Source: Eledone cirrhosa (Eukaryota). Taken from it: a stretch of DNA of 64,000 bases. Under the pieces are notes generated by a model, which was given only the letters and a program-made list of their open reading frames with translations, did not search any database and was not told the DNA's origin. Below, piece by piece: positions 1 through 14,980 of the stretch; within the stretch, counting starts at the first letter, position 1; the number at the start of each line of letters is the position of its first letter. The stretch is taken from the NCBI GenBank assembly GCA_964016885.1, contig OZ024740.1:116746001-116810000 (forward strand), read 5' to 3'. A program made the translations under genes and the position numbers.

Positions 1-842
1 ATTATTCTTATCATGTGTGTAAACCGAAGTGCCCAGAAATAACTCACACATCCATATATTGTTAAATATTACTCTTCTTTTTTTCTCATATAAAATATGA
101 GATTTCTACCTTGTGTACTATATTGCATGCTGAGTACCATAGAGAGGAGCTGAATTACAAGCATACCAAGTCAGCTGCCTGGTTTCCATTCACAGTTAGT
201 TTTTACTTAGCAAATACTTCAGGAAAATACCCAGCGTGCAATATACAAGTAACAAATCTCATATTTTATATGAGAAGAGAAAGAGAGTAATATTTAACTT
301 TTTTCTGGCTAATAAGACGTTAAAGGTGTTATGAAGCATTGCTGTAGTTATCCGAGTTCTTTCCCTCGTCTTCTTTTTATTTTAAAACCTCTTGGGTGGT
401 ATATTTTATGCCAATATTTTGTTTTCTTTCTTGGCCTCTTTTATAATTTGGAAGTTGAATCAAGTACCGATAACTATTGCTTCCTTTATCGGTCGGAATA
501 AGGTTGACTTTTTGCTGTTAGCCTCAGGGGAGGTAAGGCTGTGAATGCTGCCAACATCTGATATCTGTCTTTATAGGCACTAATCGGAAGCTCTATAGTC
601 TCTCAAGTGTCATAATGGTGTATCTATATTGCTTGGTCAGGCAACATGAGATTTTCAGGCAGCTGGAAATGTCTTTGAATTCAGTCGAGCCGATCTGACA
701 AACGTCATGTTTTCTCAATCCTTTGCACTCCCTTCTCCATTCGGCTGCCATTTTTGTTTCGCATTATGACCTTCTGTTTCCATACTTTGAAAATCAGTCT
801 TCCCACAGCACAACTGTCATAAATATAGAATTCTCTACCATC

Positions 843-965
843 TCTTCTTCTTCTTCTTCTTCTTCTTCTTCTTCTTCTTCTTCTTCTTCTTCTTCTTCTT
901 CTTCTTCTTCTTCTTCTTCTTCTTCGATGTCGGTGAAGAAGAAGAAGAAGAAGAAGAAGAAGATG
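843..965. repeat. (TCT)n tract followed by an inverted (GAA)n tract
   Basis: Long (TCT)n run, a spacer of about 10 nt (CGATGTCGGT), then (GAA)n; source of the spurious poly-S/poly-K ORF 723-974. Confidence 0.95.
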
Positions 966-1525
966 GAAACATAGAAATATCTATATCATCTCTAAGCTTC
1001 TGACGATAAATTCAAAGCATTTGAATAATGAGATTATGTATTGCTGATGCCTCATCTAAGCAATTTAACTCTGTAATGTGAAATAAAATATCTGTAACAA
1101 TGAATCGAAGCCTTGTGATGAATTTGTATCACGGTTCACTAAAATATGGTTATCTAGACACATGACCAACTATTATAGACGACAGGGGGAGGGATGTTGT
1201 GTTTATGTTTATCTTTTCTAATGATATGAACAAATCAACGATTACAAGTATAAAAACGAAGCATTGTTTTACGATAAACAATGTAACAAATGTCAATAAA
1301 ATAGAAGCAAAAATTCATTTCTCTTAGTACAAACTTCTCTGCTGATTTACAAATTTCCTCTGACTAATATTGATATATTGGTGGGATGAACATCAACAAC
1401 ATCTTTTATAATATAATACGGTATGGATCCGAAACTCCTGAGAGTTTTTAACTGTGGTTTCCCCCATTTTAACTCGGGATATATATACAATATATAAATA
1501 CACAAACACACTCACAGACATATAA

Positions 1526-1567
<42 letters not shown>

Positions 1568-1581
1568 AAAAGATTTTTTTT

Positions 1582-1719
1582 TAGTCCAGAATTAGCCGTC
1601 GAAACGGCTTGAGCTCAGCCGTCGGGGTCCTACTCATTCCTATTACCCACTCTACTACCCTAAGTATTGAGTACTTTGGTGCGTTATGGTCCACCTGGTT
1701 CCTTACCACATTTCCTTCG

Positions 1720-1720
<1 letters not shown>
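1582..1720 (+). mobile_element. 3' terminal fragment of a Penelope-like (Naiad-type) element, containing the 3' half of a hammerhead
   Basis: Near-identical to the reverse complement of 31781-31920 and to 51961-52100; ends in (TA)n. Confidence 0.85.
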
Positions 1721-1815
<95 letters not shown>

Positions 1816-2199
1816 TGTACCTTAGATGAAACACTGTGTAAGGAGTAAATCTTGTTTTTAAATGTATCGCCTTCTCGTCCATTTATTTTTGCTTATATCT
1901 ATCTATCTAAGGCGGATAAAATTCCTGAGATCCATGGACGAGTTCTCTGCAGCGGTCTCTGTCCCTCATCATCGCTGCCATGTCCTGCGTCTCCAAGAGA
2001 CCTGTATCTGTCCTTAGGGTAGATAACTCTAAATAATAATTAAATAACTCCGCTAAAATACCCCTGGAAAAAAGCGGACAGAAACGTCAGCCGTAATTGA
2101 ACTACGCATCTGCCGCATGCTGTGTACCAACAGAATGGATGATCAGTTTCGACTGAAATACATGTATTGACCTCTTTCCCCCTCTGTTTTGTAATCAAA

Positions 2200-2257
<58 letters not shown>

Positions 2258-2292
2258 TTTATACACACATACACACACAGATATATGCATGC

Positions 2293-2340
<48 letters not shown>

Positions 2341-2637
2341 ATATAGAGAGAGAGATATGTAAGTACATCATGCGCGCATTCTCCTCCACACATCCTTAAA
2401 TACACATCATGTGGGAGCTGCTTCCCAGTCAGTTTTCCCTTAAGGGATTCAAGAAGACAGATTTCTCTAGAATAGGGTTCAATTGGGACGGAGACACTCT
2501 ACGCTTGGTTTTCTGGCGGCCTAAAGTAAATTATATTTCAACAAAACAAAACAACATTGGCTCCTTCTGTTCTGATCGCGATGACGTATGTTCCGGTCAG
2601 TGTGAGTGAGTACATGTCGTTAATCTGAAGTTATAGA

Positions 2638-2905
2638 CGTAGCATGGTCGGTTAAGAAGTTGGCTTCGCAATCATAAGGTCTTGGTTTCATTTCCAATGC
2701 ATGGCATTTTGGAAAAGCCTCATTTACCATAACCTTGTGTAGATCCAAGCCTTAAGAGTGAAATTGGGTAGACAGTTTCACTGTACTTGTAATTCAAAGG
2801 AAAAGCCAAGCCACACACTGTGTCATGCTGAACTTCCTGAGAATTACGTTAATAATATTAATAATACACATGTTTATGGAATGCTCCGTCACTTACATGT
2901 TATAA
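2638..2905 (+). mobile_element. Degenerate tRNA-derived CORE-type SINE (octopus OR-like)
   Basis: Degenerate A/B boxes; motif AAGCCTTAAGAGTGAAATTGGGTAGACAG shared with copies near 31.1 kb and 54.8 kb. Confidence 0.55.
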
Positions 2906-2953
2906 ACATACATATATATATAAATATGTATACATATCTAAACAACTCTCCCT

Positions 2954-3041
<88 letters not shown>

Positions 3042-3222
3042 TGAAAATAATTGAAGTCAGATTTTCAGCTTGTATAGAAACTTTATTTGCATATCTTGAG
3101 CCTTCTATCATCTTTACATAGACTATTGTAAAGAAAGAATTATTGAATTTAACATTTGTTTACTATAAACCCCATCATTTTTGACGAGTACTATGTTTTA
3201 TATATATATATATATGTGTGTG

Positions 3223-3293
<71 letters not shown>

Positions 3294-3679
3294 GTGTGTG
3301 TGTGTGTTTGTGTGCGTATGTGTGTGTTCGCACGCGTGTTTGTGTGCGTGTGTGCGCGTGTGTGCATCTGTGTGTTCCCGTGTCTATGCATACGTTTCTG
3401 TTTGTGTAAGTGTTTATGTACCGTAACTTAACGTTCGACAAAATATGTTCCAGACTTAAAATTAAGTACTGGTATCGATATAATCGACGAAATTAAGGCA
3501 ATGACCTAGCATGGCCGCAATCTATTAATTGAAACTAATAACGGAATAAGCCGAGGTCAGCTTTGCTTTTCATTCTTCGGAGGTCTATAAAATAAATTAC
3601 CATCAATTACTGTGGTCGATATAATCGAATTTCCAATCCCTTAAATTGCTGGCCTTGTGCGAACATCGTAACAGAATTA

Positions 3680-4243
<564 letters not shown>

Positions 4244-6702
4244 TGTGTGTGCGTGTATTATGGTGGTGCCCCAACATGGCCTCAGCCTCTCGGTTGGAAC
4301 ACGTAATAGAGTAATAGAGTAATTAAGGGTGAATTTACGATAGGGAGATCAGGAAAAGTGACAGGTGAAAAACGTACTCAATACGTTGGTAGGGTATAGG
4401 CACCTTTATTTTATATAGAAGTGACTTCTACAGGACTAGAAGAACAAGAAAAAAGTGATCATAAGAGAAATATATTAAGAGAAATCTCAAGAGATAATAG
4501 AGAGAGAAAGAAAGAGAGGGGGAGAAAAATACAGGCGGAGATGATGTATGTTTATATGTATGTGTATCTCTTATATGTGTTTGTCTCAGTGTGTTTGCGT
4601 GTGTTAATGATGGCTTTCCCTTACCTAAAACTTCACCTAAAACGTATGTTTATTCTAACGATGTTAGACTAGAAGCGTCCGAAATATTTACTGAAGACTG
4701 ACCAAATAATAACGCTCCGTCAGTCAGACTAATACAGATTTCCAGCTCTACTTGCCCTTGTTATTCCATCTCGATGTTTTGTCTTGTTTCGTCTGTGTGT
4801 TGTTTAAGGTTTTCGGTTGCTTTATTTTCTGTTTGTTTATTGTGGCATTAACGATCTTTGCCGACTTAAAATAATGTTGTTGTAATTGAGAATAAAATTA
4901 ACTATTTAATGGTCTAATGATTTTTCTCGCTGTTTTCCTTAGAGTGGATCAGAGACGTGCTAAGCTGAGAGAGTGACTGCAACAATAGCCAGAGGAGCAT
5001 CAATGGCGCCATATTGAAGCAGAGGCTACGATGGTGATGGTAGCGTTGACGGCTGGAGTCAGACAAACTGATGTTGGAAAGCATATATCCGGCCAGAAAA
5101 TAGTTAGTTGCTCACAGGGGGATACAATGCTGAGATCAAGTGGCACATGAAATGGCCACCTTAGAAGAAAGAACTGATGACCAACTTTATTGAAGACGTA
5201 CGTATATTAAATTATTTTTATTGAGTCAAAATTTCATATTCATTCAATTTATTTAATCAGTTTAAACGTCCGTATGGAGATAATAATCCATGACATACTA
5301 GGAGAGGTATTGAATATCCCTTAAAATTAAGAAACAAAAACAACAGAGAGAAAAAGGAAAGGAATAGGACAAGAAGAGGAAAAAGAAGCATAACTAAGTA
5401 AAAAGTGAAAAGCAAGAAAAACTATAAAGCAGCTAACAGTTTTTGTATAAATTTACAAACAGGAAGAGAGAAAAAGAAAAAAAGAAGGGGTGGAGGAAGA
5501 AAACATAAATTGGAGAAGGTATAAACCTTACAGCATGGCTGGATGGTACATCTTAGTTGTATTGCTGCTGAAAACAACCAGCGATATTTTCTGCATGGAC
5601 CATTCCACCAGGTGGGTTCCTTCCTCGGAGAAAACGGCAGACAGGGGACGGAGGACACTGTAGGTCTCGATGGCTACCGTCAGGAAAAGGAAACGGTCAT
5701 TCAATGCCTTGTATTCAGTTATGTTACGCCCCTCTGCGTTACGTAAACATTCAATTAGAACAGAAACATTAGAGCTTGACGGAAGAGAATACATTTCATA
5801 TTAAACATTTACTATATTTATATGTATGCAAAGGATGTCGAGCTAGATGGACTGACAGAACCAGTCCAGCTCATGGGACTCAAGCTTGTAGTTGGCTATC
5901 GTCATTCTAATAGAAATGCATAGGGAGGCGGTTCGAAGGTCCAATACGCCAGATGTCTCCATCGTTATGGGTCCGTAAGGAATGCTGTTCTCTAGCTAAT
6001 AGCATTAGTTACAAACCATCATGCAAAAGTAGACCATTCCAATTATGAACATCGATAATTAAACGCCAGAGAAAGAGTTGTAGAGATATATAGGTGTTAT
6101 ATTAATATTTGAAAGTTAAAATAGCTAAAAAAGTTAATTAAGTGGACGAAGCATAGCTGTATGTTAAAGAAGATTCAAGCCATGTGAATGAAATTAGGTA
6201 GATGGAAACTGTATGAAAGCCTGTAGACTGGACTGTACATGTAATTTATACCAAACTCGTGGGAATATTAAAGCATCTATTTTCTTCGTCACCGAACTTT
6301 GGGTAATGCAATTTCGTGCATAAGTGTGGGATTGCATAATATAGAAAGATGCATATCACACATCATAACAACATAGAGACGGAGGGAAACAACGGAGTGT
6401 TTTTCGACCAGGACAGCAAAGCAAGTATGTAAACAATAATTGTTTCTATATTACTCGACGAACCAATAATGATAAAAAGTGTTACTATTAGAAACAGGAC
6501 ATGATGCAGTGCAGGCAAGGTGTGCAAATGGAAATATAAGTAGATTTTCGTAAAAAAAACTGTAAGTGTAAAGGAGAGCAGACAAACATGTCATGTCTCT
6601 TTCGAAGTCGGGTAGGGAAAGAAAGGCTAAAAGAAACTGGAAATTGGGAACGAGTAGCTGAATATGAATAAGCAAGCGGGTGGGGGGGGGGAGAACAGAG
6701 AT

Positions 6703-6735
<33 letters not shown>

Positions 6736-8199
6736 TAGATAGAGAGAGAGAATAGGATTCATCTTTTCAAATCAATGTTATACATAGATTTATTCATACA
6801 TACATTTGCTGACTTGAGGTTTGTTGATAACGAGGAGATTTTTAGTTTTCTTGTATTTAAAAAAAAAAATGTAACTGTAATTTTATGTTAAGAATGTTGT
6901 ACGATTTTTGTCTATTTTATAGGTAGGATGTATTTGGTGCGGCCAAAATGCTCTGTGTATCATCTATTCACTTTCGTTGTTTATACCATGGTCAGCTCTG
7001 ATTCAGCAGACCTTTGATAATAAAAACAACAAATAGTTCAGTTAGTAGCAATGGATACAATGCTGATTCCTTGAACAATTCTGTTGTATGATGGCTAAAC
7101 TAAGTAATACCAGAGATGACCAGAGAAGTGAATAGTCTAGATGTGTTGGATGTCCACCAGTATCGATGATAAGTATTCCACAGACACGTGGTTTTCAGGG
7201 AGATTCAGCGTAGAGCGAGGCTGACCTTTCGAATTACAGGTGTCACTAATTTTTGCCAGCTGAGTGGAATAAAGTACCTTGCCCAGTGAGACAATGTGTC
7301 GCCAAGAATTGAACTTACGATCGTAAGTCTAACAACCTAACCACAAAACCAGGCGCATTCACAATAGTTTAAATATAGTCCTAAAGTCCAGATTGAAACT
7401 TATCGATATATATGAAGCCCACTAACCTGCGAATCTGATCGAAAGATCTTAAATTCTCTTTCTACGTGTTATTTTATTGAGCAAGACACTTTATTCACGC
7501 TGCTCCAGTCCATTCAGACTGAATACATGACTTGCGATGACATTGATTCCAAGCCACATCGGCCTTGTCCTTGTACGATATCAGTAATTGCTGGTCTTTT
7601 CCAAAACATCCTACCCAGACGTGTACCTCAGAGGAGCTAACCCGTGGTTAGTCATGGGTACAAAACCCATGGCCAGTTATGATGGAAGAGGCCCTGTCTT
7701 CTTTTGTGTCCGATAATATTCTAACCTTTTTTTAATGCTTCGCCTATGAATTAGTATATCAGCCATATTTGTGTTAGGTTTTAATTATCTGTATTTGGAC
7801 AGTAGTAAGTGCAAAATATCAATACACATCAGCTTGACATGCATTATACATAAGGCTATGGGAATGATAATTAGGGGGATAAAACGAATTCCTAAACGAT
7901 CTAAGTATTTTGAGAAAAAGTAACAAAGATGTTTCCGAATAAGAAATAATCAACTGGATAACAATTATTGATACATCTTTACGATTGGACTTGTACATCG
8001 ATAGAGAAGACTTTATAGAGTTTATCTAGATATACAAAAGCACACATTGCATAAATATTTGATCCTTTAAAGAAAATGAATTGATATTTGTGTTTAGCAT
8101 ATTCTTCTGTTATTCTGGTTAATGCAAGCATTTTCCTTTGGATTTAGGGCTATGTGTGGTGTGTCTTGGATCACCGTGGGTTCAAACAACTGAACAACC

Positions 8200-8460
8200 A
8201 GCTCGTAAAATTAACGTGTAAGTGGCTGAGCCTGCCACAGTTACATGCACTCTTAATGGAGATTCAGTAATGGAGATTCAGTGATACAGTGTGTGACAGG
8301 GCTGGTTTTTCAAATATAGGTGCAACTCATTCTTTCTCAGAGAGTGAACTGGAGCTACGTGAAATAAAGTGTCTTGCTCAAGGAAACAATGTAATACCGG
8401 GAATCGAAGTCTTACGACCTTATGATCATGAGCCGAACACCCAAATCTCCAAACACGCCC
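8200..8460 (-). mobile_element. tRNA/CORE-type SINE; related copies at about 7170-7360, 39030-39175 and 63290-63535
   Basis: Recurring motif GAGTG(G/A)ACTGGAGC(A/T)ACGTGAAATAAAGTGTCTTGCTCAAGGA. Confidence 0.6.
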
Positions 8461-8519
8461 CTTTACTTATGGCTATAATATGAATGATAGACCGTATGTA
8501 TTCGTGCATACATACGTGC

Positions 8520-8520
<1 letters not shown>

Positions 8521-8550
<30 letters not shown>

Positions 8551-8724
8551 TGTATGTATGTATGTATGTATGTATGTATGTATGTATGTATGTATGTATG
8601 TATGTATGCATGCATGTATGTATGTATGTATGTATGTATGTATGTATGTATGTATGTATGTATGTATGTATGTATGTATGTATGTATGTATGTATGCATG
8701 TATGTATGTATGTATCTATGTATG
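8521..8724. repeat. (TATG)n microsatellite hosting RLE and RTE retrotransposons; further tracts at 11381-11452, 11665-11730, 14106-14261 and 14903-15135
   Basis: Direct inspection. Confidence 0.97.
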
Positions 8725-9243
8725 TTCTTCTGGTTTTATAATTTCACAAATTTTTTCAAAAAAGAGAGAGAGTCGGTTTCTAACATAGACACAAAACTCT
8801 CTCATTGGAATTTACACAACATCAACTAGGTAGATTATGTATGCTTGCATGCATGTGTAGATATGATTGTTATTGTATGTGTGGATGTGTATGTTTTGAG
8901 TTGTATGTGTGCATGTGTATATGCTTTGCATCTGTACATGTGTATATGCAGTTATTAGATGCAACATTTTTGGAATGTTTTACATATTTTTACTGTTCCA
9001 TTAATGGATTCTACTTGTAATTTTCTAACTAGTTGTGTTCTTTCTGTTCCTGTGAAGCCTAGCTTCTCAAGATTTGTATTGAGGCAGTTACTAACATACC
9101 CCAGTGCCCCAATAATCACAGGCATACATCTGAAGGTGTAATCAGGGTGGAGTATCTGCAGATTTCTCATCAGTTCTGCATAAATATTCTCCTTTTCGCT
9201 AATCTTTGATATTATATTGGCATCTGCTGGGCAGCTAATTTCC
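8725..9243 (-). mobile_element. R4/Dong-clade RLE non-LTR retrotransposon, family A, 5'-truncated 3' end
   Basis: Minus-strand peptide EISCPADAN...MRNLQILHPDYTFRCMPVIIGALGYV...VKICKTFQ (RLE C-terminus); 3' UTR ends AAAACCAGAAGAA(CATA)n. Confidence 0.85.
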
Positions 9244-9255
9244 TATGTATGTATG

Positions 9256-11380
9256 TTATCTCTTTCTCTTAATTTCGAGTATATTTATTTGACCGGCTAC
9301 CTTCCTGGTGGCATGGTTGTAAAAGAAAAGAAATTGTCATCCCTTGAATCGCAAGAATGTTTTGCAAATTTTGAAGGTGCCAGCTATCGCAGCCATTTGT
9401 AGACTATGAATTAGGGAGCTGCGCTCTTTGTCCACAAATCCAAGTTCAGTCATACTTTGGTCCAAGCGGGTTGGTATATAACCCGTAGCTCCAATAATGA
9501 TGGGTATGAAGCTAAAGGTGTATCTTGGATACTGGATTTGTAAACTCCTCATCAATGGTCCGTACATGTCCTCCTTCTCCTGTATTTTTCTGACAACGTT
9601 TACATCAAGTGGGCAGCTGATCTCCACAACAGAACATGTTTTTAATGTGTGGTCACAAACAACAATATCAGGCCGGTTGTGCTTTAATTTGGTGGCAGTT
9701 TTTATTTTCAGGTTCTACCAGTATTCCTTAGTGCCATCTGTCTCAATATATTCTTCCTCGTTTGTTGTTAATTTTGTTTTCCGAAGTGCGTTCCAAATGG
9801 TTCTAGCTATCCCATCGTGTCTCATGGGGAGGTAGTAGCGAGATGACATTCTTTCGCAGCTGGCAACAATGTGGCTTACATCCTCGATCTTTGTTTTGCA
9901 TAGCCTACATTTATTGTCAGCTGATGGCCCTCCCCGTTTTGTGCAGCAGATATTTGGTAGGGAGTTCTTGTTCCTGTATTGCATAGAGATATCCCTCAAG
10001 GTGTGATGTCATAAACTTGTCGGAAACTCCATGCCAGGCTTTTTGAGTGGTTTATCCCCTCTATGGTCTGTGTTTTACGTCTCAAGTATCCATGCACAAC
10101 TTTTTCTGTAAATTGGTCAATTTTTTCATCTTGTTTGAACATTGAATAGGATCTTCCAATTTCTCTGGGTGAGAGATTTATATCAGGCTTTATTCCATAT
10201 CTCTCCTCCAGATCAGTGGCTATTCTAATGATATTTTTTTTTCATGCTCATAAACCTGGGCAAGATGGTTGCCAACCTTTTTCCTCTGATGAAGATGTTG
10301 CTTCAGTGTTACTATCCGGATCTCATATGATGTTAATATGGATTTTAGACCCCCGTCCACCTTCCTTGCGTGAGAAGTATAGCCTATCCACATCACCATT
10401 GATGTTAAAGTTCCCAGTAACACTGATAAGTTTGCGAGTTCTAACATCCATCTCACTTAGTTCTTGCAATGACCAGTTCAGCAGGCCAAATGTTGGCGTT
10501 AGAATTGGCACAGCATAAGTATTGTGGGCAATGTATTTGTTGTACGCTGACAGTTCTGATGACCATATTTTCTTTACTCTTCTGAGGTATTCAGTTCTGG
10601 TTCTCTCCTTATTTATGGGTCCATCATATCTGACATTCTCATCCTGTCCAAGATATCTGTAGTTGTCACCTGACTGTAGAGGTTGTATTTCAGGCCGTTC
10701 ATCTCTAGATTTCTAGAGGAGGGCACAGCTCTTCCACGTTTTACTGCCAAATATGCACACTTGGACTCACCAAATTTCATTTTGATGTCTGTTGAGGTCC
10801 AATTGTTTCTTGATGCCATTGATATTTGACCCATACAACTTCAGGTCATCAACAAACAAAAGATGGGAGATACTTCTGGACCTACTTCTTTGTCCACCTT
10901 GTTTCCTGAGTAGGTACGATAGTGGATTTAGTGAGAGAACGAAGAGTAGCACTGACAAGCTATCACCCTGAAAGATGCCCTTCTGGTAATGTATCTTATC
11001 AGTCTTAACTTGCTCCTTCTCACCTCTAAGGATCAAATTGGTGTACCAGTTCTTGGTCAGACGTTCAACAGCAGCTACCAGTGGTTGTGGGACTTTGGCT
11101 AACTGTAAGACCTTAACAATCCACCCATGAGGTACACTATCAAATGCCTTTTGATAGTCCGGCCACACCACAGTCATGTTTCTGCGATTCTTTGTTGTTT
11201 TTTCTTGAATCATTTTATTAGTTAGTAGGTGATCTATGCAACCCCACACCTCCCTCTTTCCACCAGCTTGCTCAGGTGTTATGATGTTGTTGGTAGCACA
11301 GTGATCCTGTAAGAACAGGTTAAGGCACACAGTATATAATTTATACATGATGTTTTGGCAGGCTATTGGGCGGTAATTTT
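9256..11380 (-). mobile_element. R4/Dong-clade RLE non-LTR retrotransposon, family B, 5'-truncated and frameshifted RT-CCHC-RLE
   Basis: NYRPIACQN, DYQKAFDSVPH, QGDSLS, LLFVDDLKLY (RT); CRLCKTKIEDVSHIVASC zinc finger; RHD, PDI and EISCP RLE motifs; 3' end AAGAGAAAGAGATAA(CATA)n. Confidence 0.92.
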
Positions 11381-11452
11381 TATGTATGTATGTATGTATG
11401 TATGTATGTATGTATGTATGTATGTATGTATGTATGTATGTATGTATGTATG

Positions 11453-11664
11453 TTCTTCTGGTTTTATAATTTCACAAATTTTTTCCCAAAAGAGAGAGAG
11501 TCGGTTTCTAACATAGACATAAGACTCTCTCATTGGAATTTACACTACATCAACTAGGTAGATTATGTATGCTTGCATGCATGTGTAGATATGAATGTTA
11601 TTCTATGTGTGGATGTATATGTTTTGAGTTGTATGTGTGCATGTGTATATGCTTTGTATCTGTA
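11453..11664 (-). mobile_element. R4-clade family A, 3' UTR-only insertion
   Basis: Highly similar to 8725-8935; (TATG)n on both sides. Confidence 0.85.
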
Positions 11665-12069
11665 TGTATGTATGTATGTATGTATGTATGTATGTATGTA
11701 TGTATGTATGTATGTATGTATGTATGTATGTGTGTGTGTATGTACATATGTACATAATACATACATGCGGACACTCACACATACATACGTATACATACAT
11801 AAATGCATACATACGTACATACATGCATGCATTAATATATATACATACATACATACATACATACATGCATAAGTATATATACATATACGCATAAAATTGT
11901 GTCTGATATATGGGTTTGACATTCTGTGCATGTGTGCGTTTGTATAAATAGAAAAGGGATTATGCGAATACATTGAATTCGGAATACTTTCTTAAAGGGG
12001 TGTGTCAACTATAATAATATAGGTTTTCTCTGAATTGTGCTGATAGGGAATGGTGCGAGGAAAATGGAA

Positions 12070-12445
12070 TACGGACAAAATAGTAACAGCAACAAAAATC
12101 CCCAGGACATAATCCCTACCGTACAAAAACCCAGGTCCAAATTCTCACTCTCGCCAGGACAAAAATCTCATCGGACATGAGGCCCGAGGACAAAATCCCG
12201 CCCCACCGATAAAACAAAAAACAATTTATCTACATAGTAAAAGATAAAACAAAATCAATTTATAATATGAAATGTAATTTACAAATGAGTGATATGACTT
12301 CCACCGTATCCAAATGGTTTTGTTCTTTTTCAACTATATGAGATTTTTGTTCAGTGGGGTTTTTGTCTATTGGAGTCTTTGTCCAGTGGGGTTTTTGTCC
12401 GATGGAGGTTTTGTCCGGCTGAGCTTTTTGTTCAATGGGAATTTT
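12070..12445. mobile_element. Foldback/Mutator-like MITE with subterminal GGACAAAA(A)CCC repeats
   Basis: GGACAAAA-type repeats on the left arm face GGGTTTTTGTCC repeats on the right arm. Confidence 0.5.
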
Positions 12446-12850
12446 ATTTATATTTTTTTCCCGAATATATTATATCTTATACGCGATGAAAACCACCCAT
12501 CTGACAACAATATCACAAGTGGTGAAAATGACAAAAAATAGTCATAAGCTGACGAATGTTGGGGGAAAACATTTCCGACTGTAGACACGTCAAAGTATGA
12601 AATATTTAACGAATACACACGTATTAGATTTTAAAAAAAAATCAACGAGAAACTTATACGGCGCCATTCGACCTGCTAGAAATAGCATATATGTTTCTCT
12701 CAAATAACATCTTATCATGTTGCAAAAAACAAACAAACAAAAAAGAACAAATAATGCATGTATATACTTGGTTATAGATATGGTTATGTAGTATGATATA
12801 TGTAGTGACACATATACACATAGACATACATATGTCGACATGTATGTATG

Positions 12851-12881
<31 letters not shown>

Positions 12882-12996
12882 TTATGTATGTATGTATGTA
12901 TGTATGTATATATATACATGTATGTATGTATGTATATATGTATATATGTATGTATGTATATATATATATATGTATATGTATGTATATATATGTATG

Positions 12997-13111
<115 letters not shown>

Positions 13112-13112
13112 G

Positions 13113-13145
<33 letters not shown>

Positions 13146-13201
13146 GTATATATGTATATATGTATATATGTATATATATGTATGTATGTATGTATGTATA
13201 T

Positions 13202-14105
13202 GCTATCGAAACCAAGGTGAAAGTGTATCTGACTTGTGTCATCTACTCTTTGCTTTATGCCTGTGAAACGTGGGTCATACAGAAAGCACCTCAAGGAACT
13301 GGAGAGATTTCACCAACAATCTCTTCGTAAGTTACTTGGGGTGCGATGGAAAATGTTCATCAGTGATTTGGAAGTTCTCGAACGGAGCAGATGTGTGACT
13401 ATAGAGAGCATGATCTTTCGGCACCGGTTGAGGTGGTGTGGACACGTGGTCCAGATGTCTGATGATCGCATTCCAAAACAACTTCTCTACGGAGAACTAT
13501 GTGAAGGAAGGCGACCACCACACAAACTAAAAATGCGGTATCGGGACTTTGTCAGGGGCACCTTAGCTTGTGCTGTAATTTCATCTGACAAATGGGAGAA
13601 AATGGCTGAGGAGCGAGTGAAGTGGAGACATTTGATCAAGTCAGGTAGTGAACACTTTGAAACCCGTCGGAGAGAACACCTTACACTGAAAAGGAAGGTA
13701 AGGAAAGGAGACTGTTCTGAACTGCCTGCTGTTGAACATCATCTGGTTTGCCAGCTCTGTGGTCGAGTCTGCCTGAGTAAAGCTGGTTTGACTAGACGTG
13801 AACAAAGTCATATCAGTAGACCTCATGTAGATTATGTTCTGAAAGGTGTAAGGAATGTGGTAAGGAATGTGCTAGCATGGGAGGTCTCAAAAGACACACG
13901 AGAACACACAGCCAGAACAAAGCAATGGAAAGTCTCAGAGGAGCCTACAGTTGCCATATATGTGTCAGAGGGTGCAAGTCTTTGGCTGGTTTAAAGAGCC
14001 ACATTCGTGCCTTACATTTTTTGAGCATTTTACTTTGGCGATAGCAATGCTCGAACACGTTTACAGCCATCATAATGTATATATGCACGAAATCAAGTTG
14101 CAGCC
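13202..14105 (+). mobile_element. 5'-truncated RTE-clade LINE (thumb and C-terminus) with three C2H2-type fingers and a (TATG)n tail
   Basis: [58 protein letters not shown] are typical RTE motifs. Confidence 0.88.
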
Positions 14106-14261
14106 ATGTATGTATGTATGTATGTATGTATGTATGTATGTATGTATGTATGTATGTATGTATGTATGTATGTATGTATGTATGTATGTATGTATGTATG
14201 TGTGTGGTGTATGTATGTATGTATGTATGTATGTATGTATGTATGTATGTATGTATGTATG

Positions 14262-14902
14262 TTCTTCTGGTTTTATAATTTCACGAAGTTTTCCAATAGA
14301 GAGAGAGAGTCGGTTTCTAACATAGACACAAGACTCTCTCATTGGAATTTTCACAACATCAACTAGGTAGATATGTATGTATGTATGCATGCATGTGTAG
14401 ATATGGATGTTATTGTATGTGTGGGTGTGTATGTTTTGAGTTGTATGTGTGCATGTGTATATGCTTTGTATCTGTACATGTTTATATGCAGTTATTAGAT
14501 GCAACATTTTTGGAATGTTTTACATATTTTTACTGTTCCATTAATGGATTGTACTTGTAGTTTCCTAACTAGTTGTGTTCTTTCTGTTCCTGTGAAGCCT
14601 AGCTTCTCAAGATTTGTATTGTGGCAGTTACTAACATATCCCAGTGCCCCAACAGGCATAAATCTGAAGGTGTAATCAGGGTGGCGTATCTGCAGATTTC
14701 TCATCAGTTCTGCATAAATATTCTCCTTTTCACTAATCTTTGATATTATATTGGCATCTGTTGGGCAGCTAATTTCCACTACTGTGCATGTTTTCTTCTC
14801 CCTGTCCCATATCATAATATCTGGTCTGTTATGCCTGCATTTTATTGGGGTTTTTACTGGAACATTCCACCAGTACTCTTTCATATTATGTACATGGATA
14901 TC
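14262..14902 (-). mobile_element. R4-clade family A, 5'-truncated RLE end
   Basis: EYWWNVPVKT..KCRHNRPDIMIWDREKKTCTVVEISCP..KENIYAEL; same 3' UTR as 8725. Confidence 0.9.
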
Positions 14903-14980
14903 ATGTATGTATGTATGTATGTATGTATGTATGTATGTATGTATGTATGTATGTATGTATGTATGTATGTACGTATGTAC

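Noticed and set aside
6923-6990. Possible first coding exon MYLVRPKCSVYHLFTFVVYTM after TTTTATAG
   Set aside because: Weak donor that overlaps a dispersed repeat motif; no further exons identifiable
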